Shown here: one piece after another, positions 23,801 to 35,932 of the stretch
Layout: the number at the start of each line of letters is the position of its first letter
How positions within the stretch are numbered: position 1 is the stretch's first letter
NCBI GenBank assembly: GCA_032718475.1
Contig: JAUCBJ010008916.1
Coordinates: forward strand, 1,155 to 65,154
Length of the DNA stretch: 64,000 bases
Source of the DNA: Nemertoderma westbladi
Taxonomy: Eukaryota > Animalia > Xenacoelomorpha
Direction of reading: 5' to 3'
Notes under the pieces: model-generated
Databases searched by the model: none
Told to the model about the DNA's origin: nothing
What the model saw: only the letters and a program-made list of their open reading frames with translations
Program-made: the position numbers and the translations under genes

Positions 23801-26800
23801 GGAAAGACACTGAAAGATCTTATTATGTCAATAAAACGCCTAAAGAACAGGTAAGTAAATTCAAGTCTCGAACCAATGACAGGAGAGAACAGGTAAGAAA
23901 AACTCCTCCTACGTCTCCCAAGAGAATTCAGGTGAGAAAGCCCGAAGAAAGAACGAGTGTGCACAATGTTATTCAAAATAAGGTAAGTAACATCAAATCG
24001 AAATGTGCGCTATGTGACGGGACCCACCGTTTGAATATGTGTGATGAATTCCTGAAGAAATCATTAACGGAGAGACGGGAAGTCATGTGGGATAAGCGGT
24101 TGTGTTATAATTGCCTCAGACAAGGACACCAACGGCGAACCTGTTACTCCGACACAAGGTGTGCAAACTGTGGTGCGAAACATCATATCTTGTTGCACAC
24201 TGAATTTGAGCGAAACAGCCAGAGTCAGGTAAGTGATTCCGAACTACATGTCCAATTCAGTGATGTGAACGACACTGACCAAAGTTCTGAGATGGAAGGA
24301 TTCTATACAGATGAATTCTCCGACGAAGATGAATCCTGTTACATGATAAATACCGCAGTGTATCGAGCACTTACGTATGAAAAAGACACAGACAGCGACC
24401 TTACCCTAACTACTTCTGATCGACAACCATCTTGGAAACCGCCACCTTCCAATGTAGGAATCCGAGAATTTCCTGTAGTACAGGTAAGGGTCCACGACCT
24501 AAAAGGAGTTATGTAGTGAACGCCCTCCTTGACTCCGGTAGTACAGGAACATTCATCGACAAAGAACTAGCCGAAGACATCTTTGCTGGACAACCCAAGT
24601 TCCGAACTAAGCTAAACATGTCAGGAATTATGCAGGTTTGGAAATCTACAGTAATAGCGGATTATTATGTAGGTGCGTTGTCCACCCCCCAGGATGAACT
24701 AGGAGAACATAGTATAAGGTCAGTAAAAATGGTGGCGATAAAGAACTTTGCTACCACCCAAGTGGAACCTTATAATTGAGATGAGGACGATTTCACCCAG
24801 CAGCTTGAAATACCTAGATTCAACACCGATTACCCTGGAGTGCAAATACTCATCGGTCAAAATGCGCATGAAGCGCCCGAGACATTGGAGAAACGGCCTG
24901 CTCAACCGCAACCACTACAAGCTTATGCGGGAAGAACTAGAGTGGGTTGGTACTTTACGGGCCCTTCCCGTAGAACTCTCATGGAAAGATTACCGAAAGA
25001 CCAGGTATATCAAGTAAGAGAATGGGAAGTCGAGGGCAGTGAGTTAGACGATCCAACTGAGGGAACACCATACTCCTCAGATAATGACGATGTCCACCAA
25101 CTTTTCGACGAAGAGAATACCATTGATCTCCTTAAGGAAAACGAGACTTGGCAAAACCAAGTGAACTTATGTCAGCTCCTTCTTCCATCAGAGCGAGACG
25201 ACTATAACGACAAACTTAATGACGTCATTGAACGTTATAATGCCAAGACTCGGGATGAACACGCCGTACGATTCTTTACTCAAGAGGCTGTAGAGCCCAA
25301 TTCATACGATAAGGCCCTATCAGTAGAAGAAGAAAGAGCCAAGCAGATCCAAGAGACAACTACACGTTTTCTTAAAGATCAAGGTAGATATGAGATCGGT
25401 TTACCTTTCCGAAAGCGAGAACCAAAGTTCGTAAACAACAGACCCTTGGCGGAGAAAAGAATTGCTCAACTACATCGACGCCTTACGGCAAATTCTTCAG
25501 CTAAAGAAATGTATCAAACGCAGTTGAAGAAATTTATTAGCAAGGGATATGCGGAGCTAGTACCGGAAGAAACACCTATAACTGAGAGAACGTATTATTT
25601 AACTCACCATTACGTTCCCAAACCCGGTAAACCCCATGAGGTACGAGTGGTGTTTGACGGCTCCGCCCTCTATATGGGCCAATCCCTTAATTCCGAATTG
25701 TTACCCGGACCCAACTTACTCCAATCCTTGTTGGGAATACTCCTAAGATTAAGACAATATTCAATTGCTTTCGCCTCAGATATAGAAGGCATGTTCTTAC
25801 AAGTCAAGGCGCTGGATAGGGATTGAGATAGCCTACGATTTCTGTGGTGGCCTGAAGGAGACCTCAACCAGAAACCGGTGGAGTACTGGATGACCATCCA
25901 GGCATTTGGGATAATCTCAAGCCCTTCAAACGCCTGTTCAGTGGTGCGCACCACTGCGGATGACAACCGAGAAGCCTTCTCTAAAGAGGTGATTGACAAC
26001 ATCAAGCGGGATATATACATGGACGATAATCTAAAGTCCCTTCCATCAGTCGAAGAAGCCATTGACGTCGCTAAAGGAACGGTAGAGTGCTTAAAAAGAG
26101 GTGGATTTCGATTAACTAAATTCACCAGCAACTCCCGTGAGTTTCTGGAGTCGATCCCGGTAGAAGATCGAGGAGCGAAAGACCTAGATCTAATAAAAGA
26201 TGATCTCCCAGAAACTAAGACCCTTGGTTTGAAATGGGACACAGAAAGAGATATCCTGTTTTTCCAACTAAAACAGCGAGATAATCCAGTTCGGACTAAA
26301 CGGATTTGTTTAAGTATCCTGAGCACTTATTTCGATCCATTGGGATTTATTAGCCCAGTTATATTGATTGCTGGGAGTTTAGTACAACAAATGTGGCTTG
26401 AAAACCACTCATGGGACGATCCACTTAAGGGAGAATTATTAAAGAAGTGGATGAAATGGGAAGATTCTCTACCAGCCATCGAGAACTTTATAATTTCCCA
26501 TTCATATTTTGGTCATGTTCTCCCTACGTATTCCTATCAACTCCACGTGTTTGGAGACGCCAGCGATATGGGAATAGGTATAGTAGCCTACCTAAGGGTG
26601 GAAACTCCGGACGGAATCAAAGTCGCCTTGGTTACCTCCAAGGCATTGATAAACATTAAGTTGAAAGTTCCTCGAGCAGAGTTAAAGGCGGCTCTATACG
26701 CTACAGCCATCGGCCGGAATGTAACAGAACAGATCGACTATCCACTGGAGAAAACTGTCTATTGGACCGACGCTTTACTCGTGTTGGAGTATATAACCAA

Positions 26801-28889
26801 TGAAGTCTGTCAGTTCAGCGTCTTCGTTACCAACAGAGTAGCCATTATACTCAGTCGCACAACGATGGATCAATGGAGACATTGCCCCGGAACGATTAAT
26901 CCAGCAGACATCGCCTCCAGGGGAGCAACTCCACAAGAACTGGTAGATACTCCAGACTGGTTAGGTGGACCCGACTTCCTCTACAAAGAAGAAGAAGAAT
27001 GGCCTCCTCATCTTACTACCACAGAGATTAGACAGGCCAAGGGAGCGGAGAAAGTCAAACCTAAAACTCGGGCGAGTAAATCGAAGTTATTCAAACCCAT
27101 GGTAGATCTGTCTGTACTACATACTTCCGGAGACGACGCTTTGGATCAGAAACCCACAGCCACAAATAAGCTTGTTGTGGAAATCCGTGAGAAGGATTGG
27201 AAATCTGGAGTACCAGACGTCTCGCAAGGACTCTCACCTCTTCTGCAGAGAGCGATACATCACTACAGTTCCTGGAATCGGCTCTGTAAGGCCGTTACAT
27301 ATTTAAAGAGATGTTTTCACCATCACTACTCCGGGATGAAGACCAAAAGTGATACCGCTCCAATAACATCGGTGCAAGTCCATGTTATTAAAGATCTTCC
27401 CAAATATAAGATATCCGACAGGTTTCTGAAGGAGAAGATCAGTTATCAGGAGCATGAAGAAACCAACAAGCAGATGCTGAGACTCCTGCAATGCTATGAG
27501 GATTCCGATAAGTATTTCCTGTTGTTAAGGCGCTTAAGGGATCGTTTCTCTAGCACAATGATAGATGGGTTGATACGTGTTGGAGGAAGATTAACGAATG
27601 CTCCATTATCCTTTGACACTAAGTTTCCCATACTCATTAGAAATCTTGAGATACAAGTCAAGATGATTGTAGATGTTCACAGCAAACTTTATCATGCTGG
27701 TAGAGAACGAGTTCTTAGCGAAATTCGAACTCGCTATTATTTTTATAAACCCCGTAGAGCTCTGAACCAAGTTCTTAGGAACTGCATACCCTGTAGGAAA
27801 GCATTCAGTAGGCCTTTAACACAGCGAGAGGCAGAATTACCTAGGGAACGAGTAAGCTTCTATGAACCACCCTTTACTAATACCGGTGTAGATTTATTTG
27901 GCCCTATTGAAGTATATCGTGCTAGGACTATAGTCAAGAGATGGTGTGTCATCTTTGTTTGTATGACTTGTAGAGCTATCCATCTCGATATGGTGAACGA
28001 TTTATCTACCAACAGCTTCCTATTAAGCTTACGACGACAGATCGCTTGCTTTGGAACTAGTAACACGATGAGATCTGATAAGGGAACAAACTTCATTGGT
28101 GCCAACAATGAAATCAAAGCTTACGTCAAAGATTGGAACCAAAGACAGGTGGACGATCAGCTACGAGTAACAGCGTCTAGCTGGACCTTCAACGCCGCCG
28201 ACGCCCCTTGGTGAGGAGAAAGTTGGGAGAGATTAATAAGAAGTGTGAAGACCGCATTTCACTTTATAGTGCCATGCCGCGCGTATCTCACCGACGAACT
28301 TTTGCGGACGTTAATGGAGGAAATCGCCGCCTATCTCAACGAGAGACCGCTTATGCCAGTCTCATCGAGTCCCGATTCCCTGGAAGCGCTAACACCCGCG
28401 CACTTCCTACTGAAGAAACCTGTAGCCATGCTCCCACAATCGGAAATCACAGACGGAGACGAATACTGCCGGCAAACTTGGCAACTCATGCAGTTGTTAT
28501 CCCGTCGTTTCGCTGACCATTTCGAAAAACATTATCTGCCCACGCTACAACTTCGAACTAAGTGGTTTGCGCAGCAAGAAAACGTCAGCGCTGGAGACAT
28601 GGTCCTTATTGTGGATTCAGATCTTCCACGTAAGCGGTGGCAGACAGGTCGTATCATCGAGACTCACATCTCGGATGACGCTTTGGTGCGATCGGTAGAA
28701 CTCGTCGTCATGCGACGTAACTTCAAGAAACCGGGAATTGTCTTCGAGACACAGCAGCTCAATCGCCCAGTTGGTCGTTTATGTTTACTGGAAAGTGACA
28801 GAGAACTCTCCGGAAACTATGGAAGGCAAGATACTCTTCCCACGACCACCTCCCTAATCCAACAAACATCTAGGGACTCCCCAACTTAA
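20824..28889 (+). pseudogene. BEL gag-pol polyprotein, disrupted by 5 in-frame stops and 2 frameshifts
   Basis: DUF1759-like KFNGDEMKW; three Zn knuckles (CALC..H....C, CYNC....H....C, CANC...HH..LH); protease LLDSGS; RT VRVVFDG, DIEGMF, YMDD; RNase H VFGDAS, RAEL, WTD; integrase HHCC, GVDLFGP, SDKGTNF, WERLI. Stops at 21256, 22246, 23398, 24777 and 25824; frameshifts near 24500 and 28210. Confidence 0.95.
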
Positions 28890-30528
28890 CAACGGCTGGA
28901 GTGGGTGTGTGACTATATTTGTATTTGTTTTTATTCTTTTATATTTATGTATGTATTATTATGTAATTTTATTATAATCGTTTTCGTTAATTTTATTTAG
29001 TAGAATGTTATTTTAGCGATTATTTAGTAGATTAGTGCAATATATTAGCGTTTATTACTTAATTACTTATATATTATAGATTTAGTGCGACGGCGAGAAA
29101 TAATTCTTTTCTCTTTCCTTACTGTCCGTATTACATTATAAATACGTGACTACCGTAAGATGAAATGTCCGTACTTATTAAAGTACAATAAAGCTCCTAC
29201 TATATTCAAGTATTATCGGTAAGTAGAGTATTAGGAATGCAAAGTTCAGATCCTCGTGTCTTGGCTAAACCAAGCTCTGGGTAGACCTTGGAAACGACTT
29301 GCCTCTTCTCACTGACATTGCTTCGTGCGATATTGCTCTCATACCGTATATTAAATAATACATATAGTAGCGTGATGTCCCTTTAACAGTAGCGTAAAAC
29401 GCAAAATAAATCTGTTAAACCCTTTGACCATCTGCAATTCTAGTCGATTAAGATATCGCGGCACCCACCGATATACTTGAAAGACAAAATTCTAGAATCA
29501 GTGGTTAACGTCCCCAGACTTGTTCTGGAATAAACCGGTGCCCATCCTAAATATTAACTATTAATATTTATAAAATCTGTCAAATTTCAGATCCTTTAAC
29601 ATTCTAGTCGATTAAGATATCGTAGCACTTACCGATACTCTTAAAAAGACAAAATTCTAGAATCAAGGATCCCAGTCCCCAGACTTGTTCTGGAATAAAA
29701 TTGTGTCTATTTTAATATTAAATAATAGAATTGCGGGAATAAATTTAAATTCATCTTTTAATGAATTTGATAAATTGTTATTTTATACAATTTATAATAT
29801 TCCCAAAATTCCATTAATTAATAGATCATGGGAGCGGAGATTCACCTATTAAGTGTATTAGTGTGCGAGAATCTCCAATATAGAGTCAATAGCCGATAAA
29901 ATTCATAAAATCATGTATAAAGATGATATTGACCATTAAAGACTCACTATTAAATAGCCTCCCAGATCTGTATGCATGGGAATTACCCTAATTCTACCGC
30001 TAGCTTTCCATAATGTCACCATAGCAACAACCACGCTAGAATTAGAAGCGAGTTAACAGAACAATAAAAAGCTTGCTCATTGAATATCATACAGAATAAA
30101 TAGCACACCGCTAGTATCCAAGGATACATAATAACAACGTGACATTCTGGAAGGCACTTGACTAACGGACAAATGACCCGAATGTGTGATAGAATGTGTA
30201 CCATTTGTGACAGTTACGTGGAATTTGTGCGTTTGTAGGTGAATGTTACTACTAAGGTGTGTTTACAGTAGCGAGTCGCAATTGTGAAAGTAGCCCTAAC
30301 TCTCCAGTAAGAACCTGAAGTATATCTAAGCCTTTGGGACGGACGGTGGAGTGACTCGTGCTGGTTGTTGTAGTCGTTGTGCAGCTACGACGTTGGCGAT
30401 AGGCACATCGGCGAAAGTACACCAGCGCTGAGGATCTCGCACTGTCCGGGGGCAGAGAGGGGTAGGCAGCGACGCCCGCTCGCCTAAATATAAACTCATT
30501 ATAATATGGATAAACTTATATAGCAGAT

Positions 30529-32105
30529 ATGATTGAGTTGATAGAAGATGATCTTGGTATCAGGGAGCGATATACTCTACCTTTACAAGCGTTTGTTGAT
30601 AGCTTGATACGCGGCGACGCTAGTCCAACTACTACGGAGGACGATGGTCGTTATATCGAACCGCCAATGTCCCAGGAGCAACTTACGCGTGAATTGGACT
30701 ATAGAAAATTCACCGCTCGCTGTGCGCGTCGTAAATGGTACGTATATGGACTTCTTAACTACTGGTCATCCTATCGACCTACACGATACGAACGATATAG
30801 ACACCAAAAGGGAAATGGTTTTATTTAAATATCATACCCAGCGGAAGCGGAACGATAAACTGAGACTCGAACACGAAAATTCTATTCGAAACCGACTCGA
30901 AAGTGAGGATGTTGAAGAGCCGGATAAACGCAGCGACTTCACCAAAATATCTGGAATTCCTGGGAGAAACATATCTCGATATTACCAGTCAACAGAATCT
31001 AGGAACTCGATATCCTCAAGGTATATATCATGACCGCATGGTAGAACTCAAACGGCTCTATTCCACTATGATGTATCTTACCGCCGATCGACCGCTACCT
31101 GTTGTACCGGATAGCTTCGAACAGATGGAGGAATATTGTAAGCTGGAGAAAGATCACTCGCGTTCCCCCTACAAGACGTGCGTCTTTGGTATTATTGCGA
31201 TGAATGCCCTAGACCCAACCAACAAACAGAAAGACCTAAACATCCGCGGAGACGTTGCACTAAACACGGTTTTACTCGCTATACTTGCGGGAGTTTCGAG
31301 CGAAATTTGTTTGACGTATCACCTACGCTCGTTCGACTCAGACGATCCTTAAATAAACCAATGATCAGAGTTTCGGAATACTCGATCAGACCTCCTCATT
31401 CCCTAGTGAGACCTCAGACTCTTGATCCTATTAGTATGACGGATCCTCCCGAGCTGTACTCACTGTTCAAAGATCTAGTGTTACCTGAACAATTAGTCGG
31501 TGGCACCCCGGTTGTGGGCTTCCTAGATATTAGCCCATCCTCCCTAACCGGATTGGGACGCGGACATTTAATATCGCCGTTTAACCCTTACCATCGTCCC
31601 GGCTTAACACGATATAACCTGTCACCAAAGTGGCGGAGAGCGTTGTACCAAATGAGTTAGACACTATTCTACAAAGATCAGAAAAGGAACTTACGCTTGT
31701 TCAGATAAACGTAAATTGCACTAGCAAGTCCAAGCGGTAAACAAAGTAACTTTATCTCAGTTCGATCGGGAAATCCAGAATCTCTAAGAAGTTATCGAAC
31801 TTGGACGACCCTATTCTCTGCGAGAGTTTTTGGATGAACGTATCCAGCTACGAGCAGAGGAAAATCAGCTCGAGGAGAAGCATATCGAAACAGCGGATAC
31901 CCCGACCATAATCCTACACCTTCTGATGCAATCATATTGCACCCTTCACCCAGGAGTTATGGCCCTCCTAGTAAAGTGGCTCCCCCCAAAGAGAAAAGGA
32001 TTCTTGCTAGCTTTAAAAAACTGCGTAAACGCCGTCCACGCAAGACAGACTAACTGTTTAGAGTATTTTTATATTTTAGAAACTGTGATTTTTTATATTT
32101 TATAG
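30529..32105 (+). pseudogene. Extra ORF (ORF3) of unknown function in the env position, frameshifted, about 500 aa if joined
   Basis: Pieces 30529-30828, 30644-31033, 30903-31352, 31178-31660 and 31830-32105 tile the region. The homologue in copy 2 differs by many third-position synonymous changes. Confidence 0.7.
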
Positions 32106-32131
32106 AATTAAATCCCATTTTCTGGGAGCGG

Positions 32132-33299
32132 TGTAAAAGCTTTTGTGGGATATAACTGGCCCTTTTGCTTCGCAATCCAGTTTCCCTCAATGCGCTCAAA
32201 TACTCTAAAGAAAAACTCCCTAACTCAAATGATGCAAGCTACTGGCTGATTGGCTGATTTGCTGTACGTATGGCCTCTTTGTTCTGTTCGATCAACCAAC
32301 CAGAGCAAGGTCAACCAAGCAGAGTGATTCATCCTGTGTGTTGGCTAAGGGCTGCAAAAACCCGAATAGTTCGGCATTTAGACATTCGTGGAATCTGTGG
32401 AATATGGAGCTCTGCCAATGAGAGCTTTTCCTCTTTGTGTTGAAAGCTACCTGCAACAGCTCACAGGGTTCAGTGTGTTGGTTTTTCCAGAGCCTAAGAA
32501 CATCGGCCATGGAATTATTCTGAATTATTCCAACATTAGAACGACTTTAATTATAAGAACACATAACTGTTACCGCAGTGGACCGGCACGGTACGGTACG
32601 GTACGGTACGGTACGGTACCTACTGCTGTATTGCACATTATTTACTGCTATTTACTGTTTGTTATTAATTGTATCAGTTGTTTACATATTGTTATTTGGA
32701 GAATAACGATAAACGATCAGAAACCCCGATCTTCTTGATACACTAAGGTTAGAGAGACCGGTTACATATAGCAATTGCGACTTATATTATCGTGCTTGTA
32801 GTGAATTGAATGGATATGTCGGTTGCTATTCTCTTTATATATGATTAAAATCAGTGACTATCGGCAATTCAGTGTGCAGCGGTGTGCAATAGTCTGTATG
32901 TGCTTGTCCGCGTAACAAAGCATCTCCTAAAGAATGCGCCTTATGTGTAACTTATAATCCATTCCGTTGTGTTTAGTGTAAGCCATAGCTCTGTTTATAT
33001 AGATAGAGCGCCACGTCCTAAAGGAACTGCTAATATTTCCCGAAAGTGAATGATATTTGTCAGGAATTATATTAACGATCAATCGAATAGTACGGTAGGC
33101 CTGCACCGCAATCAAATTAAAGCATCCGAATCCAGTCTCCCGGGTATATCCAGCGGGTGAATGGTCGCGCATAGACTGGCTTCGGTTAATGTTGGATTTA
33201 TTTGTGTCAAATACTTGTCATAGGCTAAAGTCGATTTATAACCTAGAAGACATATAGATTTGGCGGGTTAAACTGCCAAAGGTCTTAAAAGCGCGAACA
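32132..33299 (+). repeat. Copy 1 3' LTR (1168 bp)
   Basis: TGTAAAAGC...GCGCGAACA, preceded by the PPT-like tract. Confidence 0.93.
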
Positions 33300-33473
33300 T
33301 ATACTGTATGAGCGTCGTATACGTATATGTCTACTATTTAGTGTTTATACTTTATTATTTTACTGTATAAGTACGTTGTTGTTGTGTACTGTTTATTCAT
33401 TTATATTATAATCTATGTGCTTTGTATATGTGTTCTGTATAAATCTTTATTCTTTATTATTTTACTGTATATG
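33300..33473. repeat. TG/TA-rich ~104-bp tandem repeat, left remnant (BEL target sequence)
   Basis: Homologous to 45406-45760 (TATGTGCTTTGTATATGTG, TTTAGTGTTTATAC). Confidence 0.75.
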
Positions 33474-34676
33474 TGTAAAAGCTTTTACTGAATTGTCCGG
33501 TTATTTTTCCTTATTTTTCCCGTAAAGTACTCTGTAGTTGGTTTACCAGGCATAAAAAGGCCGTGTCCTTGCTGTACTGGTGTTTTAGCGGACATAAGAG
33601 CTATTTCTTCTGTATTTGTACTTTAGAGGACATAATCCGTAATTCCATGACGTAAAAGCTCGATACTCTTGAACAGTGTCGCTACCATGACGACAGCTAG
33701 CAGCTGATATTGCCACGTCGACGTTTCTTTGTTTCTCTGTTCTCTTGTTGTTCAGGTTGACCAATCAGAGCGTTTGTTGTCTTTGTGTTGGAGGTATATA
33801 CAGAAACTCAGTAGTTCAGTGTTATGTTTTGGCCCAGAGCCTAAGAACCGGCTTTGGCACCTCCGTGTTTCAGTTTTTAGTCTTACACTAGTAGGTTTAA
33901 TTATAAAGGGCATATATCCTTTAACTCATGGAATCACTGCTGACTGATCATACATGCTGACTGCTGAAACATTGCAAACTCATAACAATCAGTGTTTTCA
34001 TTGTTGTTTTATACTGCTATTCACCGTCAGTTCTTCATAATATGGTTGATGAATAATTATATTTGGAATAACGATAAATAACCCCGAAACCCAATATTCT
34101 TGATATACCGAAGGTAAGAGAGAAGGGTTACAGATAAACGATTGTGACTTATGTTAAAGTGGTTTGAAGTGAATCTAATGTTATTTGATAGACCCTACAT
34201 GAGTCAGTCTGTGTTCCTTTTATATGTGACTAAAATCAGTGAAGATCGGCAGATTAGTGTGCAGTATTGTGCAGCATTGTGTATGAGTGAGTCTGTTAAA
34301 GAAGCATTCCTAAAGAATGCGCCATATATGTGAATTATAATTAAGCCATATCGTTGTGAGTAGTTTAAGTCATAACTCTGTTTATGTAGATAAAGCGCCA
34401 CGTCCTAAAGGAACTGTTAATATTCCCGAAGGTAAATAATATTGTCAGAGATTATATAATACTGTCAGTCGAATAATACATTAGGCTTACATAGCAATAA
34501 AATTAAACCGTCGAACCCAATCTCCCGGGAATATCCAGCGGGTGAATGATCGCGCACAGATTGGTTTCGACTAGTGTAGTGAATCAAATACTTGTCATAG
34601 ACTAAAAACCGATTTAATATCTAGAAGACATCTTAATTTGGTGGGTTAAACTGCCAAAGGTCTGAAAGCACGAACA
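33474..34676 (+). repeat. Copy 2 5' LTR
   Basis: TGTAAAAGCTTTTACTG...GCACGAACA; CCAAT near 33761 and TATA-like near 33795. Confidence 0.95.
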
Positions 34677-35932
34677 TTAAAGGATATTGCTTCTTTGTTG
34701 CAGTAAGCAATAAAGTTGAAAGTACCGGTCAACCGGTAAACCTGAACCGGTACACTCTGTAGGTCAGTAGGCCTAACTGTTCTAACCGGTACTTCAGTAT
34801 AAGTACACTAGTATTATTCGATTTGATTATTGCATACCGGTAGGCTGTTTAAGGGATTAGGGATTGATCACCCCTTATACCTTTATATGGTTTACTTATT
34901 TCTGTCAAGTTTTATTTATTTGTAGGCCAGTATTGAACAGAAGGCGTGTAAGCCTGATCAGATTGTACAGACGATTTGTAGGCTGAGCTGTTGTCTGATT
35001 GCTGTTAAGTCCGAACGAATTGCAGTGTGTGTAGATCACCTGTCCGATTAAGTACGATTAGGCAGTAGGGGCAGCGAACGCTGTAAGGTAATCCCCCAAC
35101 TAAAGAATAAGTCGCACTACTGGGTTAGAGCGCATACTCCCTAATCATTTCGGAGTCTGCATGTCCTGTGGTTTATTTAGGCTTGAGAGTGGTCTGCCAT
35201 CGTTTAGTCTGTACTTTGTTTGTGTAAGTCTGTACGGGTAGCGTATAATTTTATTTAGATAATTTGTAGGCTGGATAGTTGTCTGGCTGTTATTAGGTCT
35301 GAACGGATTGCCGCGTGTGTAGATCATCTGTCCGATTAAGTACGATTAGGCAGTAGGGGCAGCGAACGCTGTAAGGTAATCCCCCAACTAAAGAATAAGT
35401 TGCACTACTGGGTTAGAGCGCATACTCCCTAATCATTTCGGAGTCTGCATATACCGTAGTTTGTTTAGGCTTGATAGTAGTCTGTCAGTGTTCGGTCTGT
35501 ATTTTGTTTGAGTAGTTTGTACGCGTAGCGTAATATTTATTATTCAGAGTTTATGCGATTATCCGCAACATTCATTCCCCAAGTTTGTTCCTACAGTAAT
35601 TGTGTTTGTTATACATACCGCTATAGTTAAATTAACCCCGGTACTACACGGGCTGCTCGGCGTAGGTAAAGACTGGTGATTTTGTGCATCGGTCACTCCA
35701 GCAGATGCCGTGGTTCTTTTAGCTGTTCAAGTATATTTAACTACTGATTATTTGTTGTACAAGTACTCGTACTTAATTTAGGGTTTAGTGTACAGTGCTT
35801 TCCGAAAGTAATTAGTGTAGGCATTATATTTGTGTTGTAAAGTGGTTGATAGGCACATTCGATTAGCTCTATTAACTTCTAGGTAGGAACACTCCGTGAT
35901 ACATAACGTAGAACCTATAGCGATACGGCTAT

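Larger units (their letters stand above)
17524..33299 (+). mobile_element. BEL/Pao LTR retrotransposon, copy 1 (full internal region, disabled; 5' LTR truncated)
   Basis: Paired LTRs about 99% identical, gag-pol with BEL domain order and motifs, PPT-like CTGGGAGCGG before the 3' LTR. Confidence 0.93.

Noticed and set aside
30529-32105. ORF3 as env, or as an antisense gene
   Set aside because: No signal peptide or ectodomain features, and the antisense frame sharing third positions has stops conserved in both copies.
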